Positions 46,310 through 56,607 of a stretch of 64,000 nt of DNA are shown here, in pieces. The DNA is taken from IMG/VR virus record IMGVR_UViG_3300032303_002590; one strand, written 5' to 3'. This DNA comes from a virus. Taxonomy: Duplodnaviria > Caudoviricetes. How positions within the stretch are numbered: the stretch's first letter is position 1; each line of letters begins with the position of its first letter. The notes below the pieces were generated by a model. The model was given only the letters and a program-made list of their open reading frames with translations, ran no database searches and was not told the DNA's origin. Both the position numbers and the translations under genes were made by a program.

Positions 46310-48682
46310 ATGGCAGATAATATAGGTGATGTTAATAAACAAATAGATGATCTTAGAAAACAACTAGGCCAAAAATCCTTATCTCCTTTTGATCAAAAAG
46401 ATTTGGAAATGGCTAAAACCTATTTAAGTGGTTTGAGAAACGAACTTAGAGAGATGAATAGTGATTTAAACTATATTGCTCAAAGTTTTAAAGACAGTGT
46501 TGCTGAATTATCTAAACAAAATACCCAATTAAACATAGCACGAAACTCTATAAAGGGTATATCTAATATTGCTCGTGATGTAGTTGATTATAGAAAAGGA
46601 GAAGTTGATTTATCTGAAAAACAACTAAAAAATCTTCAAAGGCAAGCTAAACTTAAATTTGATGATTTACAATATACTTTAAGAAGTGGTAAATTAACTC
46701 AAACTCAAGCTAATGAAGTAAGAGAAACCTTATCCCAACAAGAAGCATTTAATAAAAGTCTCACCAGAACTCTTGATATTCAAGCTGAAGTTAATAAAGA
46801 AATAGGATTAATGGGAGTTGGTTTAGAAGGAGCAGGTAAATTTTTAGAAAAATTAGGATTTACTGGTATATCTAAACCTATAACTGATGCTATTCAAGCT
46901 ACTAAGAGAGCAAGATTTGAATTAAAGTTAAATCAAGATGCTATTGCGGCTATAAAAGAAGAATATGATACATTAGGGCCTTTAGATATAGAAAGAAAAA
47001 AAGAACTAAGAGAACAATTAGCTCATTTAAATGCTCAAAATAAAGAGTTAGATAAACAGACTAACAAATATAAAAATATAGCAATAGCTTTAAAGGAACA
47101 GATTACCTTAACAAATATGACAGATTTTGCCATAGGAGGTATTATTAAGAGTTTTTTGGAAGTAGATACCATGATAGGAAATACTGCTAAGAGTTTAGGG
47201 ATATCTTATAAGGAATCTCTAGGTTTAAATGCTAGTTTTACTGTTATGGCTGCCAATAGTAATAGTGTATTTGTTACTACTAAAGGTATTAATGAATCCT
47301 TTAATCAAATTAATGCTGCTTTAGGAACTAATGCTACTTTAAGTCAAGAAATACTTGTTTTCCAAACAAAAATGGTAAAACAAGCAGGTTATAGTGTTGA
47401 AGCAGCTACAATGTTATCTAAATTATCTTTAGCTACAGGTAAACCTGCTAAAGAAATAACTACAGCATTTTTGGGGCAAGCTAAAGCTTTAAATTTAGCT
47501 AATGGTACAGCTATTAACGAAAAACAATTACTTGAAGATATATCAAAAATATCAAAAGATACATTAGCTACATTTGCTGGTCAACCAGGTAAATTAGCTG
47601 AAGCTGCTTACGAAGCTAGAAAATTAGGATTAGATTTAGAAAAATTAAAAGGAACTCAAAGTGCCCTATTAGATATAGAATCTTCTATTGCAAATGAATT
47701 TGAAGCTGAAGTATTAACTGGAAAACAGTTAAACTTAGAAAAAGCAAGATACTTTGCCTTAACAAATGATTATGCAGGATTAGCAAGAGAACTTGGAAGA
47801 CAAGATATAACAAGAGCTTCATTTGCTAAAATGAACGTTATACAACAAGAAGCTACAGCTAAGGCTTTAGGAATGTCAGCTGACACAATGGGTGGAATGC
47901 TTATGGATCAGGAAGCTATGACTAAACTTTCAAGTGTTGATGGTAAAACTGCTAAAGAAAAATTTGATAATCTAGTAAAACAGGTTGGCATGGAAGAAGC
48001 TAAAAAACGTTTAGGAGATGAAACTTTAGCTAGTCAAATGGAATCAGCCTCAGTCCAAGACAGATTTACAGCATCAGTAGAAAAATTAAAAGAAGTATTT
48101 GTAGCTATATCAACAGTATTAATGCCTATTTTTGATGGTTTTGCTAATTTAGTAACTTGGCTTGCTCAATCAAAAATTGCTATGGTAGCTATACTAGGGG
48201 TTGTTTCAGCACTTGTAGGATTTCAGGCGGCATTAGCCATTAGATCCATAATTACTGCTATTGCTTCTATATTTTCTGGGTCATTTATGGCTGGACCCTT
48301 TGGTTTACCTATAGCTATTGCAGGAGTTGCAGCTTTAACTGGAATGGTAGCAGGAGCCGCCTCAATGGCTGGAGATATCAACTCACCAGCAGATGGTAAA
48401 ACTCAAATATCTACTAAAGAAGGAGGTTTATTTGAATTAAGTAAAAATGATGATGTAGTAGCTTTTCCTGGTGCTTCTAAAGCCTTAAATAATCCAACCC
48501 AAATAATTACTCCTTCAACTCCACAACCATCACCAACAATTAATAATGATGCTTTAGGAAAAGTAATAGGGGAACATGTAGCTAATGCCTTTAGACAAAC
48601 ACCTATTCAAACCAATCTAGACGGAGTAGCTGTATCAAGAGGATTACAAGCCCCAATGGGTCAAGCCACACGTAAAATATAA
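46310..48682 (+). CDS. Tape measure protein
   Basis: Long helical Ala/Leu-rich protein with a hydrophobic segment near the C-terminus; follows the chaperones. Confidence 0.8.
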   Translation: MADNIGDVNKQIDDLRKQLGQKSLSPFDQKDLEMAKTYLSGLRNELREMNSDLNYIAQSFKDSVAELSKQNTQLNIARNSIKGISNIARDVVDYRKGEVDLSEKQLKNLQRQAKLKFDDLQYTLRSGKLTQTQANEVRETLSQQEAFNKSLTRTLDIQAEVNKEIGLMGVGLEGAGKFLEKLGFTGISKPITDAIQATKRARFELKLNQDAIAAIKEEYDTLGPLDIERKKELREQLAHLNAQNKELDKQTNKYKNIAIALKEQITLTNMTDFAIGGIIKSFLEVDTMIGNTAKSLGISYKESLGLNASFTVMAANSNSVFVTTKGINESFNQINAALGTNATLSQEILVFQTKMVKQAGYSVEAATMLSKLSLATGKPAKEITTAFLGQAKALNLANGTAINEKQLLEDISKISKDTLATFAGQPGKLAEAAYEARKLGLDLEKLKGTQSALLDIESSIANEFEAEVLTGKQLNLEKARYFALTNDYAGLARELGRQDITRASFAKMNVIQQEATAKALGMSADTMGGMLMDQEAMTKLSSVDGKTAKEKFDNLVKQVGMEEAKKRLGDETLASQMESASVQDRFTASVEKLKEVFVAISTVLMPIFDGFANLVTWLAQSKIAMVAILGVVSALVGFQAALAIRSIITAIASIFSGSFMAGPFGLPIAIAGVAALTGMVAGAASMAGDINSPADGKTQISTKEGGLFELSKNDDVVAFPGASKALNNPTQIITPSTPQPSPTINNDALGKVIGEHVANAFRQTPIQTNLDGVAVSRGLQAPMGQATRKI

Positions 48683-48690
48683 TTTTACAA

Positions 48691-48698
48691 TATTTATT
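48691..48698 (+). promoter_or_regulatory. Late-promoter-like TATTTATT
   Basis: Recurrent motif. Confidence 0.55.
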
Positions 48699-48723
48699 AT
48701 AAACAAATAAAACAACAATAACA

Positions 48724-49011
48724 ATGGGATTACTAACATTATTAAACTCAGGAGTAAGTAACTTAGGATACGATGGAGCTCCAGTTCCTTCAACAGTGAA
48801 CGCTAATCCTCCAGGATTTACACGTCATAATTTATTCTCTACTACAGGACAACCTAACCAAGCTTCTCACATTATAGTAGGTGGAGTAGCAGGTTTACAA
48901 GCACCACCAAGAACTTATGTTCCTTCTAGATTAGAAGAAACAGATCCATTAAACACAAGTATTTTTAATAGTGCTGCTGGGAATCATTATACTGATCACT
49001 TACCAGGATAA
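48724..49011 (+). CDS. Hypothetical virion protein
   Basis: ORF in the tail module after a late motif. Confidence 0.55.
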   Translation: MGLLTLLNSGVSNLGYDGAPVPSTVNANPPGFTRHNLFSTTGQPNQASHIIVGGVAGLQAPPRTYVPSRLEETDPLNTSIFNSAAGNHYTDHLPG

Positions 49012-49021
49012 AAACAAATAA

Positions 49022-51052
49022 ATGGGGTTAATTAATCTTAAAACCAATCTAAAGTCTCTACAATTTGGGAATGATACTCAAGGTGGGGGCTCTAGCGGAC
49101 TACCTTATATCAAGACTGGCTTACCTGAGGATTCACCTGCAGGTGAGTATCTTGCTGGTATAGCAAGAACTAGCGCAGATTGGCCATTAAGAGGTGGAGC
49201 ATATTCAACTATAGCTGCTACAACAGATACTATTAGAATATCGCGTTTTTTAACGGATTTTCCACGTGGTTCAATATTTACTGCTAAGCAAGTAGGATTA
49301 CAAAAATCAAATCCTAATATTGAAACAGGAGGACTTACCTCAAGATTAAATACTCAAACATATAATTTAAATGCTAATTTATTAGCACAAATTTTACTAG
49401 AAGGAGATGGTACTCATATTCCAAGACCAGGAGCTAACACAAATGAGTTAGGACCTGAAGGGCAAAAAAATAAATACGAGTATATTGTATCACATAAAGG
49501 TACTGATCAAAATAGATTAGTTACTTTATATAGTTTAAAAGTAAAAACCCCTGATAATATATCATTAGGTCCTATAATTTCAAATGCAGATAAATTAGGA
49601 ATAAATTCAGATAGTGATACTATATTATTTGATTATCCAGGAGGACCGGATTCATTATATGGAGAGGGTAATACAACTATTTTTAAAGCAACAGATTTTC
49701 AAGGAGTTCCTATAAATACTGCTAACGCGTCTAGTGGGCAAATTAGACCTTTACCTATTATTAATATTACTAATTTTACTTCTAATAAATTTAATACTGA
49801 AATTAATAATGTATTATTTACAGGAAATAATATTAATAATACTATTAATGAAATTACCTTTACATCAACTGATTATCAACAATCTTCAAAAGATTTTATA
49901 AGACCTGAAAAATTACCTGAAGGAATACCTGCTATAAATTATTTTGGTAATACTTTAGCTTACAGTAAATTATTAGAATCTAAAGCTTTCACTGATTCAA
50001 CTTTTTTACAAGATTTTAGATCTCAATCATTAAACCCAGATGATCCTGTTCGTTCTCAAGCACGTAATTATAATAACCCTTTAGTTAATATAACAACAAG
50101 AGTTGGTATAGGTAGTCCTGGAAGTAGAACACCAGAACAAAAGAAATATATAAATCAAGTTAATTATAGTGGTCAAGATCAGGTAAATATGATACCTTTA
50201 TATTCTGATGCGGCGGATCCTTTTTTACATAAACCTGAAGCTAGAGATTTAATTAAATTTGCTTTTGAAGTAATAAGTAATGATAGTACAGGTACTACTA
50301 AACGATATAATAAGGAAGGACAAATTGATGATATAACAGATGCTATTACTACTAAAGTACACTTTAGAGCATTTCTAACTAACTTCTCTGATAATCATGG
50401 CTCAGAATGGGCCAGTCAAAAATACATGGGTAGAGGTGAAAATTTTTATGCATATCAAGGTTTTACTAGAGATGTAAGTTTTCAATTTAAAGTAGCAGCC
50501 CAATCTAAACAAGAAATGTTACCTTTATGGCAAAAGTTAAACTACTTAGCTTCTTCATTATACCCTGATTACCAAACAGGTACAAGCTTTATGAGAGGTA
50601 ATTTACATAGATTAACTTTAGGAGAATATTTTTATAGAACACCTGGTATTTTAAAATCAATGAATATTTCAGTTGATGATAATTATCCTTGGGAAATTAA
50701 ATACTCAGAACCTGAAACCCAAAAAGTATTTGCAACCCAAGATTTTACTAATATTACAAATAGAGGAAAATATGATTTTATAAATTCTAATTCAGATGCT
50801 GATATGATGGAATTACCACAAGTAATTAATGTATCATGCACCTTTACTCCTATACTTAGTGAATTACCTTCATTATCAAAATTAACTGAAAATGGTGGTG
50901 GTAAACATATATTAATAAGTGGTCACGGTTTTCAAGAAAATTTTATAGACCGTATTCCTAATTTACCAAATAAAGTTCCATCACCAAATAAAAACGGATT
51001 ATTTAATTCTGTACTTTTTAATATTAATACTCCTCCTCCACCAATACAATAA
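49022..51052 (+). CDS. Baseplate/tail-tube initiator-like protein
   Basis: FRAFLTNFSD, YMGRGENFY.YQGF.R, KLNYLAS, YPWEI. Confidence 0.6.
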   Translation: MGLINLKTNLKSLQFGNDTQGGGSSGLPYIKTGLPEDSPAGEYLAGIARTSADWPLRGGAYSTIAATTDTIRISRFLTDFPRGSIFTAKQVGLQKSNPNIETGGLTSRLNTQTYNLNANLLAQILLEGDGTHIPRPGANTNELGPEGQKNKYEYIVSHKGTDQNRLVTLYSLKVKTPDNISLGPIISNADKLGINSDSDTILFDYPGGPDSLYGEGNTTIFKATDFQGVPINTANASSGQIRPLPIINITNFTSNKFNTEINNVLFTGNNINNTINEITFTSTDYQQSSKDFIRPEKLPEGIPAINYFGNTLAYSKLLESKAFTDSTFLQDFRSQSLNPDDPVRSQARNYNNPLVNITTRVGIGSPGSRTPEQKKYINQVNYSGQDQVNMIPLYSDAADPFLHKPEARDLIKFAFEVISNDSTGTTKRYNKEGQIDDITDAITTKVHFRAFLTNFSDNHGSEWASQKYMGRGENFYAYQGFTRDVSFQFKVAAQSKQEMLPLWQKLNYLASSLYPDYQTGTSFMRGNLHRLTLGEYFYRTPGILKSMNISVDDNYPWEIKYSEPETQKVFATQDFTNITNRGKYDFINSNSDADMMELPQVINVSCTFTPILSELPSLSKLTENGGGKHILISGHGFQENFIDRIPNLPNKVPSPNKNGLFNSVLFNINTPPPPIQ

Positions 51053-51056
51053 AAAC

Positions 51057-51085
51057 TAGGCTCCATCAGGAGCCTTTTTTATCTT
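51057..51085 (+). terminator. Terminator AGGCTCC-ATCA-GGAGCCT-T5, overlapping TAGG-N19-TATCTT
   Basis: Same GGCTCC/GGAGCC stem as 17220 and 56557. Confidence 0.75.
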
Positions 51086-51088
51086 ACA

Positions 51089-51096
51089 TATTTATA
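51089..51096 (+). promoter_or_regulatory. Late-promoter-like TATTTATA
   Basis: Recurrent motif. Confidence 0.6.
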
Positions 51097-51110
51097 TTAA
51101 AATATAAACT

Positions 51111-51431
51111 ATGCCAAGTAGATATCAAATCGTCTCTACCATGAAATCAGATACAGGTGTTGTCTCAACATCTGGTAAAGACATGTATAAACCAACTTAC
51201 TATCCTAGTATTTATGCTAAATCTGATGATACTTATATTATAGCAGGCACTACAGATAGATTAGATAATATAGCACTAGATTTTTACAGCGATTCAACTT
51301 TATGGTGGGTTGTAGCTATGGTAAATGATCTACCAGGTGATTCAATTTATCCTACACCAGGTCAATACCTAAGAATCCCTAAAGATTTATCTTCAATATT
51401 AGCAAAATACAACCAATCAAACAATATATAA
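51111..51431 (+). CDS. LysM-like baseplate protein (gp53/tail X-like)
   Basis: DRLDNIALDFY.DSTLWWVVA..N, PGQYLRIP. Confidence 0.75.
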   Translation: MPSRYQIVSTMKSDTGVVSTSGKDMYKPTYYPSIYAKSDDTYIIAGTTDRLDNIALDFYSDSTLWWVVAMVNDLPGDSIYPTPGQYLRIPKDLSSILAKYNQSNNI

Positions 51432-51437
51432 TAAGTT

Positions 51438-53672
51438 ATGGCAATTGATTTAGATTATACTAACATTGCGGGTTCTCCCTTTCAACCCTATGTTGCTACT
51501 CAAATAGAAAAACGTAAAGACTTAGTTTATAATGAATTAAGAAGCTCAGACCAATTACAATGGCTAAACAACAAAAATGTTTGGATCAGAGTAAGTTCAG
51601 GAGTTAATGTTTTACCAGGTAATAAATCCTATGATGGATTAGAAGACGATGCTTTATCTAAAAAATATATACTTCAGGGAGGAGTTTTAAGTCATCCTAC
51701 TGATAAAGAATATAATCTACGTTATGGAGTAGGTGAGGATAATGCTTATGGTTTAAAAGGCAAATCAAGTGATCCTACAATACCTAATAATTTTGGTCAA
51801 GTTCCAATGCCTGGTATTACAAATATTGCTGTTAAAACTGGTGGTAAATTAGGTACCTTAAAAGAAACAACAATTGACTTTGTTTGTTATGGTATGGAGC
51901 AACTTCATATAATGGAAGCTCTTTATATGAAACTAGGTTTTAGTTTATTAGTAGAATGGGGTCATACCTTTTTTATAGATAATAAATATGGTAAAGTAGA
52001 AACCAATGTTCAACCACTAGATTTTTATAAAATTAATTCTAAAGAGGAATTAATGGAGAAAATTACTGAATATAGAGTAATGCATAGTGGGAATTACGAT
52101 GCTACTTGGGGTACTGTTAAAAACTTTACATATACTCTTGAAGGAAATGGAGCTTTTAAATGCCAAGTCCAATTAGTAGGAGCAGGAGATATTCTAGAAT
52201 CATTAAAAATAAACGTATCAGGAAATTTTAAAGATGCAAACGCTTCAACACCTAGTATTGCTACCAATGAAACAGGATCAGCATATCCTATAGTAGCGGA
52301 TGCTAATGAATCATTATTAAATAACGCTTTATATTTTATATATTCTTATACCCCACAAGTAACTACTGAAGATAAATCATCATGGCAAAAATTTTATGAT
52401 TATATATTACCATCAACCCCACCAGGAAGTGGTTATAATATAATTACAGAAAAAGATTATGCTTCATTTTTAGATCCATTTTTTTTCAATTTAAATTTAT
52501 CTATATCAAATTGGGAATCTAATACTGAATTACAACAAAAAGGATATAACTTTAGATTAATAAATACTCCTGGTATGAATGCCCCGCATGAAGGTTTTAT
52601 TGATTCTAAGGTACCACCATTATTTTATAAATCTTCATTTTTTGGAAAACTATCAGTTGATTTTGAATTAACTGAAGAACAAGAAAAAGATCCAGGCGCT
52701 CAACAAAATTATATTACTTTAGGGCATTTACTTTTATTAATAAAGTCTACAGGTATGTTATACCAAAGAGGCGAAAATGATGGTAGAACTAAACAAAAAC
52801 CTTACATTTATATAGATGTAAACCCTGAAACGAATAGATGCTATACATTCCCAGGACATTGCTCTTTAGATCCTACAATTTGTTTAATAGGATCCGAAAC
52901 ATTACCATTTGGAATAACATCTACTATGTTTGATGATATTAAAGCAAACTTTAATTGGTTTGATCCTGATGGATTAGGAGGAAGATTTATGTATACTTTA
53001 GTAAATCTAGACTTTGTAGCAAGTACTATGAAAAAGTACCGAGGAAATGATAAAAAAGGTGATGTTAATTTTGTAGATTTAATTAAAGATATTTTAGACG
53101 GAATTTCTAAAGCAACTGGAGGTTACAATGAATTTAGAATAGTACCAGATGATGATACTAGATGTGTAAGAATACTTGATGATAGAAGAAAATCACAAAA
53201 TAATAAATCTATTGATGATAATTACTATACAGAAATTCCAATTTTAGGTACAAAAAGTATTGCTTATAATTTTAGTTATACTGCTAAAATTTCACCTAAT
53301 ACTGCAGCTATGGTAGTAGTAGCAGCTCAAGCTATTCCTACAGGAGTACAAGGAGCTGAAAATGCTTTATCATTCTCCCACTTAAATAAAGGATTATATA
53401 ACAGATTAGGTGCTGTGACTGTAGATTCAGGTACTGAGGTCAATAAAGAAGTAGCACCTGGAGATAGTGCTGAATCAAGATATGTAGAGTTACGAACTTA
53501 TATAGAAAACTTATATAATGGAAAAGGTGGAGCCCAAACAGAGGCTGAAAAAGCAGCATCTACCCCAGCAGCCCAAGCTATTACAACTAATTCTAATTTA
53601 GTAGCAGCAGGAGTTACAGATGAGATACATAATTCAGATGGAACAGTAACTTTTGTAGGACCTAAAATTTAA
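51438..53672 (+). CDS. Baseplate hub-like protein
   Basis: PMPGIT, LGFSLLVEWGH, GNYDA..G.VKNF; gene order. Confidence 0.55.
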   Translation: MAIDLDYTNIAGSPFQPYVATQIEKRKDLVYNELRSSDQLQWLNNKNVWIRVSSGVNVLPGNKSYDGLEDDALSKKYILQGGVLSHPTDKEYNLRYGVGEDNAYGLKGKSSDPTIPNNFGQVPMPGITNIAVKTGGKLGTLKETTIDFVCYGMEQLHIMEALYMKLGFSLLVEWGHTFFIDNKYGKVETNVQPLDFYKINSKEELMEKITEYRVMHSGNYDATWGTVKNFTYTLEGNGAFKCQVQLVGAGDILESLKINVSGNFKDANASTPSIATNETGSAYPIVADANESLLNNALYFIYSYTPQVTTEDKSSWQKFYDYILPSTPPGSGYNIITEKDYASFLDPFFFNLNLSISNWESNTELQQKGYNFRLINTPGMNAPHEGFIDSKVPPLFYKSSFFGKLSVDFELTEEQEKDPGAQQNYITLGHLLLLIKSTGMLYQRGENDGRTKQKPYIYIDVNPETNRCYTFPGHCSLDPTICLIGSETLPFGITSTMFDDIKANFNWFDPDGLGGRFMYTLVNLDFVASTMKKYRGNDKKGDVNFVDLIKDILDGISKATGGYNEFRIVPDDDTRCVRILDDRRKSQNNKSIDDNYYTEIPILGTKSIAYNFSYTAKISPNTAAMVVVAAQAIPTGVQGAENALSFSHLNKGLYNRLGAVTVDSGTEVNKEVAPGDSAESRYVELRTYIENLYNGKGGAQTEAEKAASTPAAQAITTNSNLVAAGVTDEIHNSDGTVTFVGPKI

Positions 53673-53676
53673 AAAT

Positions 53677-54651
53677 ATGCCAATAACATTTGATAAATCT
53701 AAAACCGACGGTTGTTTAAATACCTATAGAGAAATATTCTCTGATCCTTATAAATCAGGAGATGATAATGCCTTTACAGGAGATGTAATATTGCCATTAG
53801 ATTTTAGTATAGAAATGGATGGGTTAAGTGGGATAATTCCTCATTCGGCATTTGTTATTCCTGCTGATTCTTTACCTAAATCTTATTTAATTAAAGAAGG
53901 ACCTGAAAAAAGAAAACAAAAAATAGCATTTATTTTACATACTATTGAGCAAAATTTTGCTAATAATAAGTGGACTACTAAATTAACAGGACAAGTACTT
54001 AATATTAGATTTGAACCATTGACTGAAGCCGAAAAGAAAGCAATTGCTGATGCTAAAGCTAAACAAAAATCTATTACTAAGTATGCTGATACTACTAAAG
54101 GGTATGGTGTTAGTAAAAATAAATTAGATGCTTATAATAAAGCAGAAGCTGCTTATCCTGGATTTAAAGAAAGATTAAGACAAACTGCTACTAATATTGG
54201 TGTTTCTGAAGATGTTTTATTAACAGTAATGTATAAGGAATCAGCAGGAACTTTATCCCCTACAATAAAAAATAATATAGGCTGTGTAGGTTTAATTCAA
54301 TTTTGCCCTGATAAAGGAGGTGGATCTACAAAAACTATTAAAGGAGTTACTTATAAACTTTCAGATATTCAAAACGCAGGACTTAAACAATTTGATTATG
54401 TTGAAAAATACTTTAAATCTTTAGGATTTAATAGTGGACATTTATCAACAGCTGGAGAATTATATGGAGCTACATTTTATCCTATTTCTAAAGGAAAACC
54501 AATAAATTGGGTATTTGGTAGTGAAAAAAGCTCTGAATACGCTATTACAGTAGCTAAACAAAATCGTGGTATAGCTGCTTTTAGTACTGCTAAAATAAAT
54601 GGTCAAACTGTAATAGATAAAGCAGCATTTGAAAGATATGTTTATGCCTAA
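53677..54651 (+). CDS. Hub C-terminal-like domain + lysozyme-fold/lytic transglycosylase
   Basis: EMDGLSGI...NKWTTKL; LLTVMYKES...CVGLIQF...QFDYVEKYF. Confidence 0.7.
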   Translation: MPITFDKSKTDGCLNTYREIFSDPYKSGDDNAFTGDVILPLDFSIEMDGLSGIIPHSAFVIPADSLPKSYLIKEGPEKRKQKIAFILHTIEQNFANNKWTTKLTGQVLNIRFEPLTEAEKKAIADAKAKQKSITKYADTTKGYGVSKNKLDAYNKAEAAYPGFKERLRQTATNIGVSEDVLLTVMYKESAGTLSPTIKNNIGCVGLIQFCPDKGGGSTKTIKGVTYKLSDIQNAGLKQFDYVEKYFKSLGFNSGHLSTAGELYGATFYPISKGKPINWVFGSEKSSEYAITVAKQNRGIAAFSTAKINGQTVIDKAAFERYVYA

Positions 54652-54663
54652 TAAAAATAAAAA

Positions 54664-55266
54664 ATGAAATACTTTCCAAAATCAAGAATAATCCCAAACC
54701 AAAAAACAACCCCAGGTCAATTTGTATCGGCAGATGGAAAAGAATATACTGGTTTATATTATACTACTTTTAAAGGAGAATCATTTGCTGGAGCTAGTCC
54801 TACTTCAGGTAGTTCTTATCCTTTAACATCAAAACCACCAATAGCAAGTTTTGATTTTGGAAATCCAACTATAGAAGGGTATAAACAATTAGTTCCTACT
54901 AAAGTTAATTTAGTTGATCCAACCCCATATACTCCACGCCCCACAGAAGCAGATTATAAAGCAGGAAAAATCACAAGATATTTTGCTAGGCAAAGAAATG
55001 GTACTACATTTAGATTAATGGAAATTGATAAATCAACATATGATGCTTTTACTACTAGTAAAGGAAATGCAAATACAGCCTTATGGAAAGTAATTTCAAT
55101 ATTCTGGCAAATAAGTGGTCCACTTTATAACGAAAAAGTAAACGGAATACAAACCAGAGCAGGTGTAATAGATACTAATCAAAGAATACTAGATAAAACA
55201 GAACCTAATTTTATAGGAATAAAACAATATCTAACAGATCTAACTCAATTTAGAAGACCTTTTTAA
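54664..55266 (+). CDS. Hypothetical baseplate-region protein
   Basis: YFPKSRI, PTEADYKAG.ITRYF, WQISGP. Confidence 0.55.
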   Translation: MKYFPKSRIIPNQKTTPGQFVSADGKEYTGLYYTTFKGESFAGASPTSGSSYPLTSKPPIASFDFGNPTIEGYKQLVPTKVNLVDPTPYTPRPTEADYKAGKITRYFARQRNGTTFRLMEIDKSTYDAFTTSKGNANTALWKVISIFWQISGPLYNEKVNGIQTRAGVIDTNQRILDKTEPNFIGIKQYLTDLTQFRRPF

Positions 55267-55274
55267 TATTTATT
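55267..55274 (+). promoter_or_regulatory. Late-promoter-like TATTTATT
   Basis: Recurrent motif. Confidence 0.55.
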
Positions 55275-55289
55275 ATAAAACACTAAAAA

Positions 55290-55388
55290 ATGGCTGAAGG
55301 TCTTATTGTTGGAATTATTATATTTGGATGTATCCTTATAATAATTGAGTATAAGGATTCAACTAATTCAAATAAAAATAAACTATGA
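55290..55388 (+). CDS. Small single-transmembrane peptide (32 aa, MAEGLIVGIIIFGCILIII...), not in the ORF track
   Basis: A-rich leader, late motif upstream, ATGA overlap with the next gene. Confidence 0.55.
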   Translation: MAEGLIVGIIIFGCILIIIEYKDSTNSNKNKL

Positions 55389-56206
55389 GCATCAAATTAA
55401 AAACAATACTCGATCAAATCCTAAAAGAAAGTACTGAAGAAAAAACATACACAGTTGATTACTGGTACCGATATGGAAATGATGATAAAGAAATGGACGA
55501 TATTGAAGTAAAAGCAACTTCTGAAGAAGAAGCAATTAAAAAAGCTAAAGAAAAAGCAAAAAGAGGTGCTATCCAATCTTCATTTAAAGCTAAAGAAAAA
55601 TCTATAAAAGAAGATTTTAAACGTTTTGACTTTCAAAACACTACAGGCGGGGGAGGTAGAAGATTTATCCCAAACCAAGGAATAATCCCTTCATCTATGT
55701 TTAATGATAAAGACTTTATGTTAAGCAATGATGGTACTAAACTTTACATGGATCCACTTTTAGTTAATGCTATTGTAAACAGCAAAACTTTAACTAATAG
55801 AGCAGCCCAAGTTAGATATCAAGAATTTAAAGAAAAAATGGGCCCTCATTTCCAACAATTTAAAAAAGGATTAGAAGGTAGATTATCTAAAGTTTTAAAA
55901 AGTGGAAAACCATTTGATGTATGGAATGGAACCATAATGACTAATAAAAAAGGACAAATTGTTTTCCCTTATAGTGATATAGGAACTATAGCAGAAAGTG
56001 AAGATAATCTTAGACCACAATTACATACCCTTGTTGGTAATGAAATGAGATTAGGAAAAAGAGCAGATATGACTGGTTATTCTCATCACGAAGAAGAACA
56101 TAAAAAAGCAGAAAGAGAACTTAATACTTTCCTTAAAAATAATCCTTCTATGATGAATGATTTAGATACAGTTACAGATCATTTCATGAAACAATTATAT
56201 AAATAA
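55385..56206 (+). CDS. Putative internal head (poly)protein with MSIKLKTILDQILKE leader
   Basis: Leader motif; internal SIKED and TIAES. Confidence 0.55.
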   Translation: MSIKLKTILDQILKESTEEKTYTVDYWYRYGNDDKEMDDIEVKATSEEEAIKKAKEKAKRGAIQSSFKAKEKSIKEDFKRFDFQNTTGGGGRRFIPNQGIIPSSMFNDKDFMLSNDGTKLYMDPLLVNAIVNSKTLTNRAAQVRYQEFKEKMGPHFQQFKKGLEGRLSKVLKSGKPFDVWNGTIMTNKKGQIVFPYSDIGTIAESEDNLRPQLHTLVGNEMRLGKRADMTGYSHHEEEHKKAERELNTFLKNNPSMMNDLDTVTDHFMKQLYK

Positions 56207-56209
56207 AAA

Positions 56210-56269
56210 ATGGAAAACACATTTAATTTTAAAAAATATCTTGCTGAAGGAAAATTACTAAAGGAAGAA
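56210..56269 (+). repeat. 60-bp leader cassette, copy 3
   Basis: Encodes MENTFNFKKYLAEGKLLKEE. Confidence 0.93.
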
Positions 56270-56533
56270 ATAACCTCAGACGTAGAAGACTATTTAATTA
56301 ACTTATATGATTTATCTTCAAGTGAAGAACATGAAGAAGGACAAGAAGTTAGTAGTATACTTTCTAGAGAAGAATATGGTGATCCTGAAGCATATGAAGA
56401 TGCTGAAATGTTTGATAAAGCCTACAATGAAATAGAACAACAAGGTGGCTCTATTACAATTGAAGGTCAACCTGATATTACATTCTCTATTCAAGGAGAC
56501 GATATAAAAATGGATTTCGTAGCAGAATACTAA
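56210..56533 (+). CDS. Very acidic MENTFN-leader protein
   Basis: Leader cassette; D/E-rich body. Confidence 0.75.
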   Translation: MENTFNFKKYLAEGKLLKEEITSDVEDYLINLYDLSSSEEHEEGQEVSSILSREEYGDPEAYEDAEMFDKAYNEIEQQGGSITIEGQPDITFSIQGDDIKMDFVAEY

Positions 56534-56544
56534 AAAATAAAAAT

Positions 56545-56590
56545 ACAAACTAATTAGGCTCCCGTAGGGAGCCTTATTACATTATATAAA
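56545..56590 (+). repeat. 46-bp hairpin/class-2 promoter element, copy B (TAGG 56555, TACATT 56578)
   Basis: 41/46 identical to 17208-17253. Confidence 0.85.
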
Positions 56591-56607
56591 AATAAAGGTT
56601 ATAACAA

